A stretch of 64,000 bases of DNA. It comes from Arenimonas sp. Lineage in GTDB: Bacteria; Pseudomonadota; Alphaproteobacteria; Rhizobiales; Rhizobiaceae. The translations under genes were made by a program, and so were the position numbers. The stretch spans positions 34,759 through 98,758 of the forward strand of contig JAIBEK010000060.1 in NCBI GenBank assembly GCA_019459145.1. Reading direction: 5' to 3'. Below the pieces are notes generated by a model. The model made no database searches and was not told where the DNA came from. It worked only from the letters and a program-made list of their open reading frames with translations. Each line of letters opens with the position of its first letter. The first letter of the stretch is position 1. Below, piece after piece: positions 62,791 through 64,000 of this stretch.

Positions 62791-62803
62791 TTAACGCGTT
62801 AAA
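62791..62803. promoter_or_regulatory. Palindromic candidate operator TTAACGCGTTAAA (12-bp perfect palindrome TTAACGCGTTAA)
   Basis: Second copy of the motif, 83 bp from the first, in the hpaA-hpaF intergenic region. Confidence 0.4.
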
Positions 62804-62846
62804 CATAATGCCGCGCGATCCGCATGCGGCCATAAACCGTTCGCCC

Positions 62847-63734
62847 TCAGGAGCGATCGCCCATCTCTGCGAAAGTGCCGGCATGCTGTGCGTCACGCCA
62901 AAGCCCCGGCGGCGCGCCTGTGCGCTGGCGGAAGAAGCGCGAGAAATAGGCGGGATCCTTGAAGCCGGTCTCATAGGCGATGTCCTCGACCGTGCGGACG
63001 GTGAACAGCAACAGCCGCTTGGCCTCGAGCAGGCGACGGTCGCTGATCAGTTCCTTCACCCCCTTGCCATGCACCAGGGAAGCGGCCCTGGCGACGAGAT
63101 GCGGAGTCGAACCCAGCATGCCGACATAGTCGCCCACGCTTCGATCCTCGCGAAAATGCAGGTCGATCAGGCGCTTCAACTCGCTTGCGAGCGCGACGGG
63201 GCCCGACGACCGCATGATCGCCGCTTGCGACGACAGTCGCGCCATGAAGGACAGGCCCACCGAGGCAAGCGACAGAACGATCTTCTCCATTCCCGGCTGG
63301 CCGGTCATGTACTCTTCATGAGCCATCAGCATCAGGCTCTCCATTCGCTCCCATGTCGGTTCGCTGGCGTCCGAGCGCAACATGACCGGCCTGTCGAGCG
63401 ACAGCAGACTGGAAGCAGCAACCAGAGGCAGGGCGCTGTCGGCGATCGAAATCACGACAGCGTCCGAATTCGGCCCCACGTCGAAGCCATGCACGACATG
63501 GCTCGGCACAAAGCTGACCGCCGGCGCAGAAAAATCCAGGGACTTGTCTTCGATCAGGTAGGTGCCGCTGCCGCGGATCCAAAAGGTCACCTGGGCCATC
63601 TGCTCGTGCAAGTGCGGTTCTGCCCGCCCATGATGGATATGTTCGCGCTGCGAAATCAGCTCGACGTGCAGAAAGCCGATATCGAGCGGACGCGGCATTT
63701 CCCCATAGATGAAATAGCTCGGAATGTCGTTCAC
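62847..63734 (-). CDS. hpaA: AraC-family 4-hydroxyphenylacetate catabolism regulator HpaA
   Basis: 295-aa ORF (GTG start). N-terminal cupin-like domain. C-terminal AraC HTH (VEDIAYETGFKDPAYFSRFFRQRTG). Divergent from hpaB. Confidence 0.8.
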   Translation of the reverse strand: MNDIPSYFIYGEMPRPLDIGFLHVELISQREHIHHGRAEPHLHEQMAQVTFWIRGSGTYLIEDKSLDFSAPAVSFVPSHVVHGFDVGPNSDAVVISIADSALPLVAASSLLSLDRPVMLRSDASEPTWERMESLMLMAHEEYMTGQPGMEKIVLSLASVGLSFMARLSSQAAIMRSSGPVALASELKRLIDLHFREDRSVGDYVGMLGSTPHLVARAASLVHGKGVKELISDRRLLEAKRLLLFTVRTVEDIAYETGFKDPAYFSRFFRQRTGAPPGLWRDAQHAGTFAEMGDRS

Positions 63735-63835
63735 ACGTTAAATACCCGAAAAAGTACAAGTGATTTTTCCATTCTGTGCATGGGCCGGCCCCGCATCAAG
63801 GCCTAAATTTGAAAAAGAGGAACAGGGAGGAAACC

Positions 63836-64000
63836 ATGAGACCCGAAGATTTTCGCGCCGACACGCGCCGTCCTTTCACCGGCGCCGAATACATCGCCTC
63901 GCTGCGTGATGGCCGCGAGGTTTATATCAACGGCGAACGGATCGCCGACGTCACCACCCATCCGTCGATGCGCAACTCCGTCCGCTCGCTGGCACGCCTT
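63836..64000 (+). CDS. hpaB: 4-hydroxyphenylacetate 3-monooxygenase oxygenase component, N-terminal 55 codons (continues beyond the right window edge)
   Basis: Hand translation from ATG 63836 (preceded by GGGAGGAA) gives MRPEDFRADTRRPFTGAEYIASLRDGREVYINGERIADVTTHPSMRN, which closely parallels the E. coli HpaB N-terminus. Confidence 0.8.
   Translation, partial: MRPEDFRADTRRPFTGAEYIASLRDGREVYINGERIADVTTHPSMRNSVRSLARL

Overview
This is a high-GC alphaproteobacterial chromosome segment with Rhizobiaceae hallmarks: a braDEFG-braC amino-acid transporter, a CtrA/SciP/ChpT/EipA cell-cycle locus, an Agp2-type HWE bacteriophytochrome, and RIME-like intergenic hairpin repeats. I call about 70 tightly packed protein-coding genes. 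I found no rRNA, tRNA, CRISPR, transposase, integrase or prophage block. Gene order, left to right: urtDCBA urea ABC transporter (minus strand); bphO-bphP; a hybrid histidine kinase with a transporter-like sensor, plus a REC-LuxR regulator; an acyl-CoA synthetase; braC and braGFED; a DUF2793/C1q-like protein; a LuxR solo; sciP; small genes; a fliJ-like gene; ctrA; a single-domain receiver; chpT; eipA; a coiled-coil membrane protein; TrmH-family and RluD-family RNA-modification enzymes; rpoH; a large acidic Pro-rich membrane protein; purA; an EamA transporter; a creatininase-family gene; a LysR regulator; an NMT1-type ABC transporter with CodA-like amidohydrolase and FAD oxidase; small envelope proteins; RidA; an FAD oxidoreductase; ung; dedA; a GT21 glycosyltransferase; a GMC oxidoreductase pair; a glyoxalase; an RHH protein; and a complete homoprotocatechuate (hpa) meta-cleavage cluster. 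Overall this is ordinary core-genome territory. I do not see a clear-cut novel multi-gene system such as a defence island. The best second-look candidates are: (1) the 1129-aa hybrid kinase whose sensor is a full NCS1 permease-like domain with an 8-Cys insert, paired with a CrbR/ErdR-like regulator and lying directly after the phytochrome genes; (2) the DUF2793 protein with a C1q-like C-terminal head, next to a LuxR solo and the CtrA regulators; (3) an atypical receiver wedged between ctrA and chpT; (4) RIME-like hairpin clusters placed directly after periplasmic-binding-protein genes inside operons. All family assignments come from reading motifs by eye, with no database search run. Motif coordinates were hand-counted and cross-checked against the ORF track, but could still be off by a base.
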